This document shows, piece after piece, positions 29,838 through 42,253 of a stretch of 64,000 bases of DNA. The position numbers and the translations under genes are program-made. The notes beneath the pieces are model-generated. The model worked only from the letters and a program-made list of their open reading frames with translations. It searched no databases and was not told the DNA's origin. This DNA comes from a bacterium (GTDB taxonomy: Bacteria > UBA8248): the NCBI GenBank assembly GCA_965213625.1, contig CBDBZU010000004.1, forward strand, positions 2,496,001 to 2,560,000, written 5' to 3'. Position 1 is the first letter of the stretch; each line of letters begins with the position of its first letter.

Positions 29838-31640
29838 GTGAAAATCGATCGAATCAGAAACTTCTCAATTATCGCTCATATAGACCATGGGAAATCAACC
29901 CTGGCGGATCGCATTTTGGAAATGACCGGGGCGCTTTCAAAGCGTGAGATGTCTTCCCAGGTCTTGGATTCCATGGATTTGGAGCAGGAGCGAGGCATAA
30001 CAATCAAGGCGGCGACAGTTCGGATTCTCTATAAATCGGCTCGGGGCGAAGACTATGTCTTTAACCTCATAGATACACCCGGTCATGTGGATTTCAGCTA
30101 TGAAGTTTCCAGAAGCCTTCAGGCTTGCGAGGGCGCTTTGCTGCTTGTCGACGCTACCCAAGGTATCCAGGCGCAAACGATGGCGAATGCGTATCTTGCT
30201 TTGGAACAGGATTTAGCCATTATCCCAGTGATCAACAAAATCGATTTGCCAGCAGCTGATCCTGAACGCGTGATAAGGCAAGTTGAGGACATCATCGGAA
30301 TTGATGGGGATGAATGCCTTCTGGTGAGCGCGAAACAAGGCGAAGGTGTAGATTTGCTACTTGAAGCAATCGTTGAGCGAATTCCCCCTCCTAGTGGAGA
30401 GCCACAAGGTTCCGCTCAAGGGCTCGTAATCGATTCTTGGTATGACTCCTACCAGGGGGCTATTCCACTCTTCCGGATGTTTACGGGGACTATTCGCAAG
30501 GGCGAAATCGTCCGCTTCATGTCGACTGGCAAGGAATATCAAGTTCTAAGTTTAAGTACATTTACGCCTCATGAAGTTAAAATGAAAGAACTTGGGCCAG
30601 GCGAAGTCGGTATTTTGTCTGCTTCGATACGCGAAGTGAGCGATACCCGGGTAGGTGACACTATTACGCTTGCAAAAATACCTGCGAGTGAGGCAATCCA
30701 AGGCTTCCAGGAACCGAAAGCGATGGTATATAGCGGGTTATATGCGGCGGACAGTGCCGAATATGAAGACTTAAGGACAGCGCTCGAGAAACTCAGGCTG
30801 AACGATTCGGCCTTCACCTATGAACCTGAGACTTCGGTTGCTTTGGGGTTTGGTTTCAGGTGTGGTTTTTTGGGTCTTCTTCATATGGAAATTATTCGTG
30901 AGAGGCTAGAGCGTGAATATGATCTGACGCTCATCATCACAGCCCCGACTGTGATTTTTCGTGTTCTGCTTAGTGACGCTACAGTGGAGGAAATCGATAG
31001 CCCGGCGAAGTTGCCCGAACTCTCAAGGATTGAATCGATCGAGGAACCTTTCATCTTGGGCACTATTCTTGTGCCCTCAGAGTATGTGGGCGCTGTTCTT
31101 AAATTGGCCCAGGAGAAGCGTGGCATACAACGCTCTATGGAATATATCGATACGACGACAGTGCAAATTGTCTACGAACTACCATTTAGTGAAATTCTCT
31201 TTGATTTTTACGACAAATTAAAATCAGTTTCTCGCGGATACGCGAGTTTTGATTATGAGCACCTGGATTACCGTTCGGCGGAAGTGGTAAAGCTGGATGT
31301 CCTACTCAACGGACAGCCGATAGACCCATTTTCAACGATCATTCACAAGGAGAAAGCTTACTATCATGGCAGGGCGCTGGTGCAAAAAATGAAAGAAATC
31401 ATCCCAAGGCAAATGTTTGAGGTTATCATCCAAGCCGCGGTTGGGAACCGGGTGATTGCGCGGGAGACGATCAGGGCCCTGAGAAAAGATGTGACTGCGA
31501 AATGCTATGGTGGTGATATCACGCGAAAACGAAAGTTATTGGAAAAGCAGCGAGAAGGTAAGAAGCGCATGAAGAATATAGGGACCGTAGAAGTGCCTCA
31601 AGAAGCATTTATGGCTGTCTTGGATGTGGGCAAGGAGTAA
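29838..31640 (+). CDS. lepA: Translation elongation factor 4
   Basis: [20 protein letters not shown]; DTPGHVDF; [11 protein letters not shown]; [10 protein letters not shown]; GTG start inferred. Confidence 0.97.
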   Translation: MKIDRIRNFSIIAHIDHGKSTLADRILEMTGALSKREMSSQVLDSMDLEQERGITIKAATVRILYKSARGEDYVFNLIDTPGHVDFSYEVSRSLQACEGALLLVDATQGIQAQTMANAYLALEQDLAIIPVINKIDLPAADPERVIRQVEDIIGIDGDECLLVSAKQGEGVDLLLEAIVERIPPPSGEPQGSAQGLVIDSWYDSYQGAIPLFRMFTGTIRKGEIVRFMSTGKEYQVLSLSTFTPHEVKMKELGPGEVGILSASIREVSDTRVGDTITLAKIPASEAIQGFQEPKAMVYSGLYAADSAEYEDLRTALEKLRLNDSAFTYEPETSVALGFGFRCGFLGLLHMEIIRERLEREYDLTLIITAPTVIFRVLLSDATVEEIDSPAKLPELSRIESIEEPFILGTILVPSEYVGAVLKLAQEKRGIQRSMEYIDTTTVQIVYELPFSEILFDFYDKLKSVSRGYASFDYEHLDYRSAEVVKLDVLLNGQPIDPFSTIIHKEKAYYHGRALVQKMKEIIPRQMFEVIIQAAVGNRVIARETIRALRKDVTAKCYGGDITRKRKLLEKQREGKKRMKNIGTVEVPQEAFMAVLDVGKE

Positions 31641-31642
31641 AT

Positions 31643-32371
31643 GTGTCAGATGCCAGTTTAGCAACACGCAAGAGCGAGAAGCGTAAGCGTAAATCCAAAT
31701 CAACTTTTCGTGAATATGCTGAAGCAATAATCATTGCTTTGTTGCTGGCTATGTTTGTGCGCACATTTGTAGTGCAAGCATTTAAGATACCCTCGGGCTC
31801 GATGGAAAATACTCTCCTTGTCGGCGACCATATACTCGTCAATAAATTCATATATTGGTTCCGTGAGCCCAAACGCGGAGATATTATCGTTTTCAGGTTT
31901 CCTAAAGATGAACGACGCGATTTTATCAAGCGCATTATTGCTTTGCCGGGTGAGGAGGTGATGGTTCGAGGGGAAAAAGTGTTTATCAATTGCGCCTCGC
32001 CGAATACGCCGGAAATATGTGTGCCGCTGGATGAAAAATATGTGCGTTTCAAGCCCAATGGTCCCTCTGTAGGATTTGAGAGCAAATGGGGGCCACAAAA
32101 AGTTCCGCCAGGGCACCTGTTCATGCTGGGGGACAATCGAAACAATAGCCAAGACAGCCGTTTTTGGGGTTTTTTGAAAATGGGTGAGCAAGTGAATCAT
32201 ATACCTGTCCGTTTTGCGGGTTATTCTTTTGGGTTGCCTTTCCCTTGTTCGTTATGGTCTGCGCCATGTTGGGACGATAAGATTCGTGGTTCCGCTTTCA
32301 TGATTTACTGGTCCTGGAACGGAGATTCGGGTTCACCACGCTGGGGCAGGCTGGCAAGTTTTATCAGTTGA
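31643..32371 (+). CDS. lepB: Signal peptidase I
   Basis: FKIPSGSM; GDHILVNKF; FIKR; GDNRNNSQDSR. Confidence 0.95.
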   Translation: MSDASLATRKSEKRKRKSKSTFREYAEAIIIALLLAMFVRTFVVQAFKIPSGSMENTLLVGDHILVNKFIYWFREPKRGDIIVFRFPKDERRDFIKRIIALPGEEVMVRGEKVFINCASPNTPEICVPLDEKYVRFKPNGPSVGFESKWGPQKVPPGHLFMLGDNRNNSQDSRFWGFLKMGEQVNHIPVRFAGYSFGLPFPCSLWSAPCWDDKIRGSAFMIYWSWNGDSGSPRWGRLASFIS

Positions 32372-32427
32372 TTTTTTTAATGGGGTCACATCAATTCTGC
32401 CACAACTAGTTTAAAAAATATCTGACC

Positions 32428-33312
32428 TCATATAGTTACCCATGGAGTGCAGAGCGTGCCTGAGCCTATTGGGCGCCAAACCCTCATGTCGGAATCTGGG
32501 CCATATAATATCGTTGAGCGAGGTGCGTAAATAGAAGCGAGGTGTGAAACTCCGGAATCCCCTCCAAAATATGCGGAAGATTTTGAAAGAAGAGCACTTA
32601 AAACTTTGGGCGTTATACCCTTGAAAACAGGAATAGAATCTCCTAACAGCCTCTGAAATTCCTCGCAAGCGACTGAATCCGCTGGTCCTTCAATCATGAC
32701 GGGCCGCTGGGCTGTTTCATCTGCATGCCTTCGCACCATTGTTGCAAGAATTCGAGGGGGAACCCATTTGCTTTTTCCGCCGCCGCCTGGATGGATGATA
32801 AATAAATCACCCTCTACCCCATATTTATTCAATATGTTATCAGCTACAATTAAACTCTCGCGTGAAGGATTGAGTGTGATTTCTTCGCTCATGGTAGCAT
32901 TTAAAAACGACCAAGGACGCAACATCCACTCGCAAATGTGAATTTCTTCGGATAAAGGAGGAAAAGGCGGATGGATCTGGAATTTACCTAACCGATATAA
33001 GTTCAGTCGTTTAGCGAGTTCTCCTGAGTTATCAGAAGTATAGAATATGCACCTATCGTAGGGTCCGATGAGTTGAAATAACGCATCATTTTCCTGTGGT
33101 TGGTCGTGAAACAGAAGGTGGAAAGGGGCTGCTCCCCCATCGAGAATTTCGTGAATCAGCCCCGAGTCGAGTAGTGGGGCTGCATAATTTGGGTTTGCTG
33201 CCAGCGTAATGTGAACGTTTTCATAGATAGCTCGTAATTGTTTGAATAATAAAGCCAATAAGAGAGTGTCCCCGAATGCTCCCATTCGGTAAATTAAGAT
33301 TCTGGTTGCCAA
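32428..33312 (-). CDS. Glycosyltransferase family 9 (heptosyltransferase-like)
   Basis: RMGAFGDTLL; HPGGG..K.W; GGDSGVSHLA; LYGP...WRP. Confidence 0.85.
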   Translation of the reverse strand: MATRILIYRMGAFGDTLLLALLFKQLRAIYENVHITLAANPNYAAPLLDSGLIHEILDGGAAPFHLLFHDQPQENDALFQLIGPYDRCIFYTSDNSGELAKRLNLYRLGKFQIHPPFPPLSEEIHICEWMLRPWSFLNATMSEEITLNPSRESLIVADNILNKYGVEGDLFIIHPGGGGKSKWVPPRILATMVRRHADETAQRPVMIEGPADSVACEEFQRLLGDSIPVFKGITPKVLSALLSKSSAYFGGDSGVSHLASIYAPRSTILYGPDSDMRVWRPIGSGTLCTPWVTI

Positions 33313-33315
33313 CGT

Positions 33316-34149
33316 TTACTTGTTACCCATGAATGATTCCAGGGCCCGGGAAATTCTTGCGAATTCATGAGCGTTCAGGGTCTCGGCTCGTCGACTTGGG
33401 GCAATTCCTGCTATTTGAAGAAAGTTCCGTAAAGCCTCCGAATTAGAGGAGGGTTCTTTCAATTTTTTTAACTCAAATAGATTCAGTGATTTGAGATTGT
33501 TGAGCAGCGTTTTTCTGCGGTGTGTGAATCCCGCTTGGATGATCCGGAAATAGAGATTTTCATCTTTCACCGCTACTTGAGGTTTCTCTCTCGCCTCTAG
33601 GCGGATAATTGCAGAATCGACCTTGGGCGGGGGCCGGAAAGCGCCAGGGGGCACCACCTGGCATAACCTCGCCTTGTAGCGATACCCTACCCAGATAGTG
33701 AGTGATCCATAGTCCTTGCCGCCTGGCGCAGCGCAAAGCCTCTCGCCCACTTCGCGTTGCACCATCAATACCATGAGAGGATATTTCTCAACCTTTTCAG
33801 TGAGTTGCGAGATTATCGCCGAAGCGACCTGGTAGGGTAAATTCGCCACCAGTTTCATCTTTTCAGGGAGGGCGGTGTAGTCGATATCGAGCGCGTCGCC
33901 GTGAATCAGATGAAATTTCTCGCGTTCATCCTCCATCTTCTTGAGCGCGGGGATGAGGGCGTCGTCGATCTCGATTCCGAAAACTTTTGCGCCGGCGTCT
34001 AAGAGATACCGCGTGAGGGCCCCTTCGCCCACGCCGATTTCGAGCACGTCCTCTCCCGGCGCAATATCTGCCAATTCAATGATATGCGAGAGATATCTCT
34101 TCTCGTGCAGGAAGTGTTGGCCGAGTTTTCGTCTTTTGCGTTGCGCCAT
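33316..34149 (-). CDS. rsmA: 16S rRNA m6,2A dimethyltransferase KsgA
   Basis: LGQHFL; VLEIGVGEG; ANLPYQ; MVQREV; FRPPPKVDS; RRAETL. Confidence 0.95.
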   Translation of the reverse strand: MAQRKRRKLGQHFLHEKRYLSHIIELADIAPGEDVLEIGVGEGALTRYLLDAGAKVFGIEIDDALIPALKKMEDEREKFHLIHGDALDIDYTALPEKMKLVANLPYQVASAIISQLTEKVEKYPLMVLMVQREVGERLCAAPGGKDYGSLTIWVGYRYKARLCQVVPPGAFRPPPKVDSAIIRLEAREKPQVAVKDENLYFRIIQAGFTHRRKTLLNNLKSLNLFELKKLKEPSSNSEALRNFLQIAGIAPSRRAETLNAHEFARISRALESFMGNK

Positions 34150-34243
34150 GGCGAACCGCGTCTCGGGGGGAGGGTAACTGGTTGACTATGAACGAGTTAT
34201 ATGAGAGTATCCTTGTTGAAGCGCGCCTCAGTAATTCATCGGT

Positions 34244-34292
34244 AATTTATCGAAAAACCCCGTGAATTTATCTAAATTTATCGAATTGTTCA
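34244..34292 (-). repeat. 49-bp element, right (inverted) copy
   Basis: Reverse complement is TGAACAATTCGATAAATTTAGATAAATTCACGGGGTTTTTCGATAAATT. Confidence 0.9.
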
Positions 34293-34602
34293 CCTTTACC
34301 GACAGGCATTGAGCCACCTGAAAATCACTCCCACCCTATCAGAATCGATCCTCGAGTTCCAACCGGATTTCGGTGCCTCCGGGCGATGAAAAATTCTTAT
34401 CCCCTGGGCTGGCATCGGAGCGGGGGACGTGATAAGGAGAGGGCGGTAAAGTTCGTTTTATTGAGTGACGAGCGTTTTGCCCCTGAAAATTCTTTCGGGG
34501 CCTGGTCGGCGAATTTTATCTTTGAGCGCAATTGTTTTTTCGTTTTATTCGCAATTTCGGCGACGTATTTTTTCGCATGACGAAACTTAAGGGGAGCATT
34601 GA

Positions 34603-36803
<2,201 letters not shown>

Positions 36804-36841
36804 GCGCGCTGCAACGAACAGCCGTGGGAGATGGACGTGCG

Positions 36842-37684
36842 ATGCGAACGATAGACGCAGGCGAGGTGACGGCCAGGATTCGCGAAATGTCCATCGAGTC
36901 GAACTACCATGTCGACCCCGCCTACGTGCGTAAGGTCGAAGAGGCGAAAGCGGGTGAAACCTCATCCTTGGGCCTCATGGTGCTCGACCAGATCACCGAG
37001 AACGCGGCCCTGGCGTCCGCCGAGCGCGTGCCCTATTGCCAGGACACGGGCATTTCCATCGTCTTCGCCGAGGTGGGTCAGGACGTCCGCATCGAGGGCG
37101 GGCTTCTGGAGGACGCCATCAACGAAGGGGTTCGCCAGGGCTACCGGGACGGCTATCTGCGCGGCTCGGTGGTGAACGACCCGATCCGCCGCGTGAACAC
37201 CAGAGACAACACGCCCGCCGTCATCCACTACCGCGTCGTCGAAGGCGATCGCCTGAAGCTCTATTTCGCCGCGAAAGGAACGGGGGCCGAAAACATGAGC
37301 ATGGCGCGCATGCTCAAGCCCTCGGATGGCCGCGAGGGAGTGATCCGGACGATAGTCGACCACGTTTTCAACTCGGGGGGAAACCCGTGTCCGCCGGTTC
37401 TGTTGGGTATCGGTCTGGGTGGCTCGATTGAAAAGGCGGCGCTTCAGGCGAAATGGGCTTTGTTTCGGGAACTGGGCGAGCCCAACCCCGATCCTCTCGT
37501 CGCTGAACTCGAAAAAGATATTCTGGAGGCGGTGAACAAGACCGGCGTCGGGCCGATGGGTATGGGCGGGGATACCACCTGCATCGCCGTTCACGTCGAA
37601 ACCTACGCCTGCCACATCGGAGCGCTGCCGATCTGCGTGAACGTGGAGTGCCACGCCCATCGCCACGCCGAGGTGGTCCTCTAA
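36842..37684 (+). CDS. fumA: Fe-S fumarate/tartrate hydratase, alpha subunit
   Basis: CQDTG; DNTPAVIH; KGTGAEN; NPCPP; CHAHR; within a TCA cluster. Confidence 0.88.
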   Translation: MRTIDAGEVTARIREMSIESNYHVDPAYVRKVEEAKAGETSSLGLMVLDQITENAALASAERVPYCQDTGISIVFAEVGQDVRIEGGLLEDAINEGVRQGYRDGYLRGSVVNDPIRRVNTRDNTPAVIHYRVVEGDRLKLYFAAKGTGAENMSMARMLKPSDGREGVIRTIVDHVFNSGGNPCPPVLLGIGLGGSIEKAALQAKWALFRELGEPNPDPLVAELEKDILEAVNKTGVGPMGMGGDTTCIAVHVETYACHIGALPICVNVECHAHRHAEVVL

Positions 37685-37685
37685 T

Positions 37686-38231
37686 ATGAAATTGATCGAC
37701 CTTCCGCTCGACCCCGGGGTTGTGGAATCCCTCTCGATGGGGGATATGTGCGAGTTGAGCGGCGTTCTCTATACGGCGCGGGACGCGGCCCACAAGCGGA
37801 TGCTCGAGGACGCGGCGCGCGGTGAAGCCCTGCCCATCGACGTGGCGGGCCAGGTGCTCTACTACGTGGGGCCGACGCCGCCCAAGCCGGGCGCCGTCAT
37901 CGGCTCGGCGGGACCCACGACGAGCGGCCGCATGGACGCCTATACGCCCAGGATGCTGGAACTCGGCCTCACCGGAATGATAGGCAAGGGGGGCAGGAGC
38001 CCGGCGGTGGTGGAGTCCATCGCCAGACACCGGGCCGTCTACTTCGCCGCCATCGGTGGAACGGCCGCCCTGCTGGCGAAGCGGATCAAGGAGGTCGAAC
38101 TCATCGCTTATGAGGATTTGGGGACCGAGGCGATTCGCAGGCTGGTAGTGGAGAGATTTCCGGTCGTGGTCGCCGTGGACTGCCGGGGAAAAGATATTTT
38201 CGCGGAAGGTTTCAAGGAATTCGCAAGGTAA
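37686..38231 (+). CDS. fumB: Fe-S fumarate/tartrate hydratase, beta subunit
   Basis: TARDAAH; AGPTTSGRMD; MIGKG; DLGTEAI. Confidence 0.88.
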   Translation: MKLIDLPLDPGVVESLSMGDMCELSGVLYTARDAAHKRMLEDAARGEALPIDVAGQVLYYVGPTPPKPGAVIGSAGPTTSGRMDAYTPRMLELGLTGMIGKGGRSPAVVESIARHRAVYFAAIGGTAALLAKRIKEVELIAYEDLGTEAIRRLVVERFPVVVAVDCRGKDIFAEGFKEFAR

Positions 38232-38353
38232 ATATCGCTCGCGCGTTTCAGGCTTCGTGTTTATGACGCGATTATTGGGAATTAAGAATGTGGTTTGACG
38301 TTAGGATTTCAGGTTCCGGATGCGAAAGGAAAATGTACTCACTCCCACTTGAA

Positions 38354-38640
38354 GGAGTTGCTGAAAAAGTCTTGATGAATGAGGGTTCGGTGCTACCGAC
38401 GAGAGGGAAAAAACAATCCCCTCTTATTTGATTTGCCACTCCGCCTCGGTTTGTAAAATCACTCCCCCCTTGAGGGGGTCGGGCTTCCCAAGGGGAAAGC
38501 CCGACAGAGGCCGAGCGGTTTGTGCGAAGGCCGATGTGGTGGTGGGACGATTCTCACTAAAATAAAAGCTCCCCCCACCGAGTCAGCCTTCACCTGTCGG
38601 TTCGGCTTCCTCGACTCCCCCTCAAGGGGGGAGTGAATTT
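38354..38640. mobile_element. Palindromic repeat element (TCACTCCCCCCTTGAGGGG family), copy 1
   Basis: Perfect 20-bp IR 38459-38478/38617-38636; internal GTCGGGCTT...AAGCCCGAC hairpin; GGAGTTGCTGAAAAAGTC end at 38354. Confidence 0.75.
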
Positions 38641-38855
38641 CCCTTCTCCTTGGGTAGTAGTAATCCTCAAGAGGGGAGCGAGAAAACCCGAGTGGGGGAG
38701 AGTGGTTCTGGTAAAAGAATGATGAATTAAACTTGTCGCAGCTTTATCAATTGACGGGCGAAAAAGGGTTTGTAAACCGAAGGAATATGATTCACTTTTG
38801 TACGTAACGGTTCAGCGTTGAAATGTTTTCATCGCATTGATTCTGGAGGGGTTGG

Positions 38856-40016
38856 ATGAACATCCACGAGTACCAAGGCAAGGAATTGCTCGCGAAGTAC
38901 GGCGTGGCCGTCCCGAAGGGCGGGGTCGCCGAGACGGCGGACGAGGCCGAGCGCATCGCTGCGGATCTGGGCGGCACGGTTGTCGTCAAGGCGCAGATTC
39001 ACGCAGGCGGGCGCGGCAAGGGCGGCGGCGTCAAGCTGGCGGCGACGCTTGCGGAGGCGAAAGATGTTGCTTCGCAGATTCTCGGCATGACGCTGGTGAC
39101 GCACCAGACAGGGCCGGAGGGTCGTCTGGTCAAGAAGGTATGGGTGGAGGAGGCGAGCGACATCGAGCGCGAACTCTACCTCGGCATCGTGCTCGACCGC
39201 GCCACGGGCCGCCCTACCGTCATGGCCAGTACCGAGGGCGGGATGGACATCGAGGAGGTGGCCGCGAAAACGCCCGAAAAGCTCCTCAAGGTTCCAGTCG
39301 ATCCGGCGCTCTCCGTCTGGCCCTCGACCGCGCGGCGCGTCGTTTATGGCCTGGATTTGCCTGCCGACCTCGTTCGCGAGGGCGTCAAATTCGTCACGAA
39401 TCTTTACCGGTTTTATGACGAGATGGACGCTTCGCTCCTCGAGATCAACCCCCTGGTGCAGACGAAGGACGGCCGTATCCTGGCGCTCGACGCCAAGGTG
39501 AACTTCGACGACAACGCGCTCTACCGCCACGAGGAGGTGGCCGCGATGCGCGATGAGGACGAAGAAGACCCGCTCGAGGTCGAGGCCTCGAAGTTCAACC
39601 TCAACTACATCAAGCTCGACGGCTCGGTCGCCTGCATGGTGAACGGCGCCGGACTCGCCATGGCGACGATGGACATCATCAAGCTCGCGGGCGCTGCGCC
39701 CGCGAACTTTTTGGACGTCGGCGGCGGCGCGAGCAAGGAGATGGTCGAGAACGCCTTCCGCATCCTCATGGACGATCCGGACGTGAAGGCCGTCTTCATC
39801 AACATCTTCGGCGGCATCCTGCGCTGCGACATTCTGGCGGAGGGCGTCGTGGAGGCCGTCAAGACCGTGAACGTGAACGTGCCCATCATCATCCGCATGG
39901 AGGGGACGAACGTGGAGAAGGGCCGCGAGATCCTCGAAGGCTCGGGTCTCGATTTCACCGTAGGCAAAGGCATGGCCGATTCCGCCGAGAAGGTGGTCGC
40001 GGCCCTTAACCGCTAG
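38856..40016 (+). CDS. sucC: Succinyl-CoA synthetase beta subunit
   Basis: MNIHEYQGK; [14 protein letters not shown]; [11 protein letters not shown]; NIFGGI. Confidence 0.97.
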   Translation: MNIHEYQGKELLAKYGVAVPKGGVAETADEAERIAADLGGTVVVKAQIHAGGRGKGGGVKLAATLAEAKDVASQILGMTLVTHQTGPEGRLVKKVWVEEASDIERELYLGIVLDRATGRPTVMASTEGGMDIEEVAAKTPEKLLKVPVDPALSVWPSTARRVVYGLDLPADLVREGVKFVTNLYRFYDEMDASLLEINPLVQTKDGRILALDAKVNFDDNALYRHEEVAAMRDEDEEDPLEVEASKFNLNYIKLDGSVACMVNGAGLAMATMDIIKLAGAAPANFLDVGGGASKEMVENAFRILMDDPDVKAVFINIFGGILRCDILAEGVVEAVKTVNVNVPIIIRMEGTNVEKGREILEGSGLDFTVGKGMADSAEKVVAALNR

Positions 40017-40027
40017 GGGGTCTGGTT

Positions 40028-40924
40028 TTGAGTATTCTTATCGACAAGGAAACGCGCATCCTCGTGCAGGGCATCACCGGGCGCGAGGGAGGCTTTCACG
40101 CCGGGCAGTGTCAAAAGTACAGCCGCGAGTTCGCGGGCGGCGGCGGCGCGGTGGTGGCCGGCGTGACGCCCGGCAAGGGCGGCCAGGAGGCGGACGGCGC
40201 GCCCGTGTTCAACACGGTGGCCGATGCGGTTCGCGAGACGGGCGCGAACGCCTCTCTCATATTCGTGCCGCCCCCCTTCGCGGCGGACGCCATCGTGGAG
40301 GCCGTGGATGCGGGTCTACCGCTCGTGGTATGCATCACGGAAGGCATTCCGGTGCGGGACATGGTGTATGTGAAACGCCACATGGAAGATAGCGGCGCCG
40401 TCCTCATCGGCCCCAACTGCCCGGGCGTCATCACCCCCGGTGGTTGCAAGATGGGCATCATGCCGGGCCATATTCACAAGGAAGGCACCATCGGCGTCAT
40501 CTCGAAGAGCGGCACGCTCACGTATGAAGTCGTCGCCCAGCTTACGGAACAGGGTCTGGGCCAGACCACCTGCGTGGGAATCGGCGGCGACCCCGTCATC
40601 GGCACGATGTATATCGATCTCTTGCGCATGTTCGAGGACGATCCTGCGACGGAGGCCATCATCGTGATCGGCGAGATCGGCGGCTCCGCCGAGCAGGACG
40701 CGGCGCGCTGGGCGAAGGAGAACGTCACGAAGCCGCTCGTGGGCTTCATCGCGGGCCAGACGGCTCCTCCGGGCCGGCGCATGGGCCACGCGGGCGCGAT
40801 CATCTCGGGCGGGGAGGGCACTGCGGCCGAGAAGATGCGGGTCATGGACGAATGCGGTATTCACGTCACCGAAAGCCCGGCCGAGATGGGTCTCACCATG
40901 GCCAAGGCGCTGGGCAGGGCATAA
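40028..40924 (+). CDS. sucD: Succinyl-CoA synthetase alpha subunit
   Basis: VQGITG; GPNCPG; GIGGD; MGHAGA. Confidence 0.97.
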   Translation: MSILIDKETRILVQGITGREGGFHAGQCQKYSREFAGGGGAVVAGVTPGKGGQEADGAPVFNTVADAVRETGANASLIFVPPPFAADAIVEAVDAGLPLVVCITEGIPVRDMVYVKRHMEDSGAVLIGPNCPGVITPGGCKMGIMPGHIHKEGTIGVISKSGTLTYEVVAQLTEQGLGQTTCVGIGGDPVIGTMYIDLLRMFEDDPATEAIIVIGEIGGSAEQDAARWAKENVTKPLVGFIAGQTAPPGRRMGHAGAIISGGEGTAAEKMRVMDECGIHVTESPAEMGLTMAKALGRA

Positions 40925-40951
40925 CGACACACACGGAAAGGGAAACAGCAC

Positions 40952-41374
40952 ATGGAACGCACGTTCGCAATGATTAAACCCGACGCCACCGCGCGCGGCT
41001 TAAGCGGCAGGATTCTCTCGCGCATCGAGGAGGAGGGTTTCCAGGTTCTGGGCATGAAGCTCGTCCACATGTCGAAAGCGCAGGCGGAGGGCTTTTACGC
41101 CGTTCACAGGGAGCGCCCCTTCTTCGGCGAACTCACGACGTTCATGTCTTCAGGTCGGACGGTGGTCCTGGCTCTCGAGCGCGAGGACGCCATCAGGCGC
41201 TGGCGCGACGTGATGGGCGCCACGAACCCTGCAGACGCCGATCCGGGAACGATTCGCGCGGAATTGGGCGAGAGCATCGAGCGAAACTCCACGCACGGCT
41301 CCGACGCGCCGGATACCGCCGCCTTCGAGTTGGGCTATTGGTTCCCGGGAGTGGAGCTGCCCGCGGACGAATAA
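40952..41374 (+). CDS. ndk: Nucleoside diphosphate kinase
   Basis: [10 protein letters not shown]; PGTIR; NSTHGSD. Confidence 0.97.
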   Translation: MERTFAMIKPDATARGLSGRILSRIEEEGFQVLGMKLVHMSKAQAEGFYAVHRERPFFGELTTFMSSGRTVVLALEREDAIRRWRDVMGATNPADADPGTIRAELGESIERNSTHGSDAPDTAAFELGYWFPGVELPADE

Positions 41375-41421
41375 AGAAAATTCACACATTCGTGTATGGA
41401 ATCAACGGGAGAAGTCATACT

Positions 41422-42195
41422 ATGCGTTTGAAGGATAAAGTCGCCATCGTCACCGGGGCGGGGCAGGGCATCGGAAAGGTCATCGCGCTTACGTTCGCGC
41501 GCGAGGGGGCGAAGGTCGTGCTTGCCGCGCGTTCGGTCGGGAATCTGGAGGAAACCGCCGCCGAGATGCCGGACGGCGCTTCCCTCGTCGTCCCTACGGA
41601 TCTCATGGACGAAGCCGCAATTAAAGCTCTCGTCGAGAAGACGCTCGCCGAGTTCGGCACAATCGACATTCTCGTAAACAACTCCGGCGTCGCCGGACCC
41701 ACGAAGGCGTGCGAGGACGTGACGCGCGAGGAGTGGGAGGAGTGTTTCGAGGTCAACGTCACGGGCGCGTTCCTGATGACCAAGCACGTCATCCCCACGT
41801 TGAAGAAAAACAGGTACGGGCGCATCATCAACATCAGTTCGATGAGCGGCAAGCGCCCGCTGCCGAACCGCACTCCGTATACGTCGTCCAAAATGGCGGT
41901 CATCGGGTTGACGCGCACCCTCGCGTTCGAGCTCGGCGAATACGGCGTGACGGTGAACGCGATCTGCCCCGGAGCCACCTCGGGCCCGCGCATCGACAGC
42001 GTCATCGAGAACATGGCGGAGAGTTTCGGCACATCCTTCGATGAGGCGAAGGCGACCTTCACCGCACCGGCGGCGCTCAAGACGCTCGTCGACGCGGAGG
42101 ATCACGCCGCCTTGTGCGTTTTCCTGGCTTCCGAGGAGGCCGCTCACATGACCGCCCAGGACATCAACGTGACGGGCGGGCTCATCTTTTACTAG
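41422..42195 (+). CDS. SDR family oxidoreductase
   Basis: TGAGQGIG; LVNNSG; YTSSK; VNAICPG. Confidence 0.92.
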   Translation: MRLKDKVAIVTGAGQGIGKVIALTFAREGAKVVLAARSVGNLEETAAEMPDGASLVVPTDLMDEAAIKALVEKTLAEFGTIDILVNNSGVAGPTKACEDVTREEWEECFEVNVTGAFLMTKHVIPTLKKNRYGRIINISSMSGKRPLPNRTPYTSSKMAVIGLTRTLAFELGEYGVTVNAICPGATSGPRIDSVIENMAESFGTSFDEAKATFTAPAALKTLVDAEDHAALCVFLASEEAAHMTAQDINVTGGLIFY

Positions 42196-42253
42196 CCCGC
42201 TCATCGCCTCGCCTTGGTGAGGCCCCGCGCGGCGGCGCGCGCCGGGAGAGCAC

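Noticed and set aside
24000-34000. dif site or replication terminus as a proven cause of the GC trough
   Set aside because: No dif-like 28-mer found by eye, and gene orientation stays + on both sides; kept only as a hypothesis
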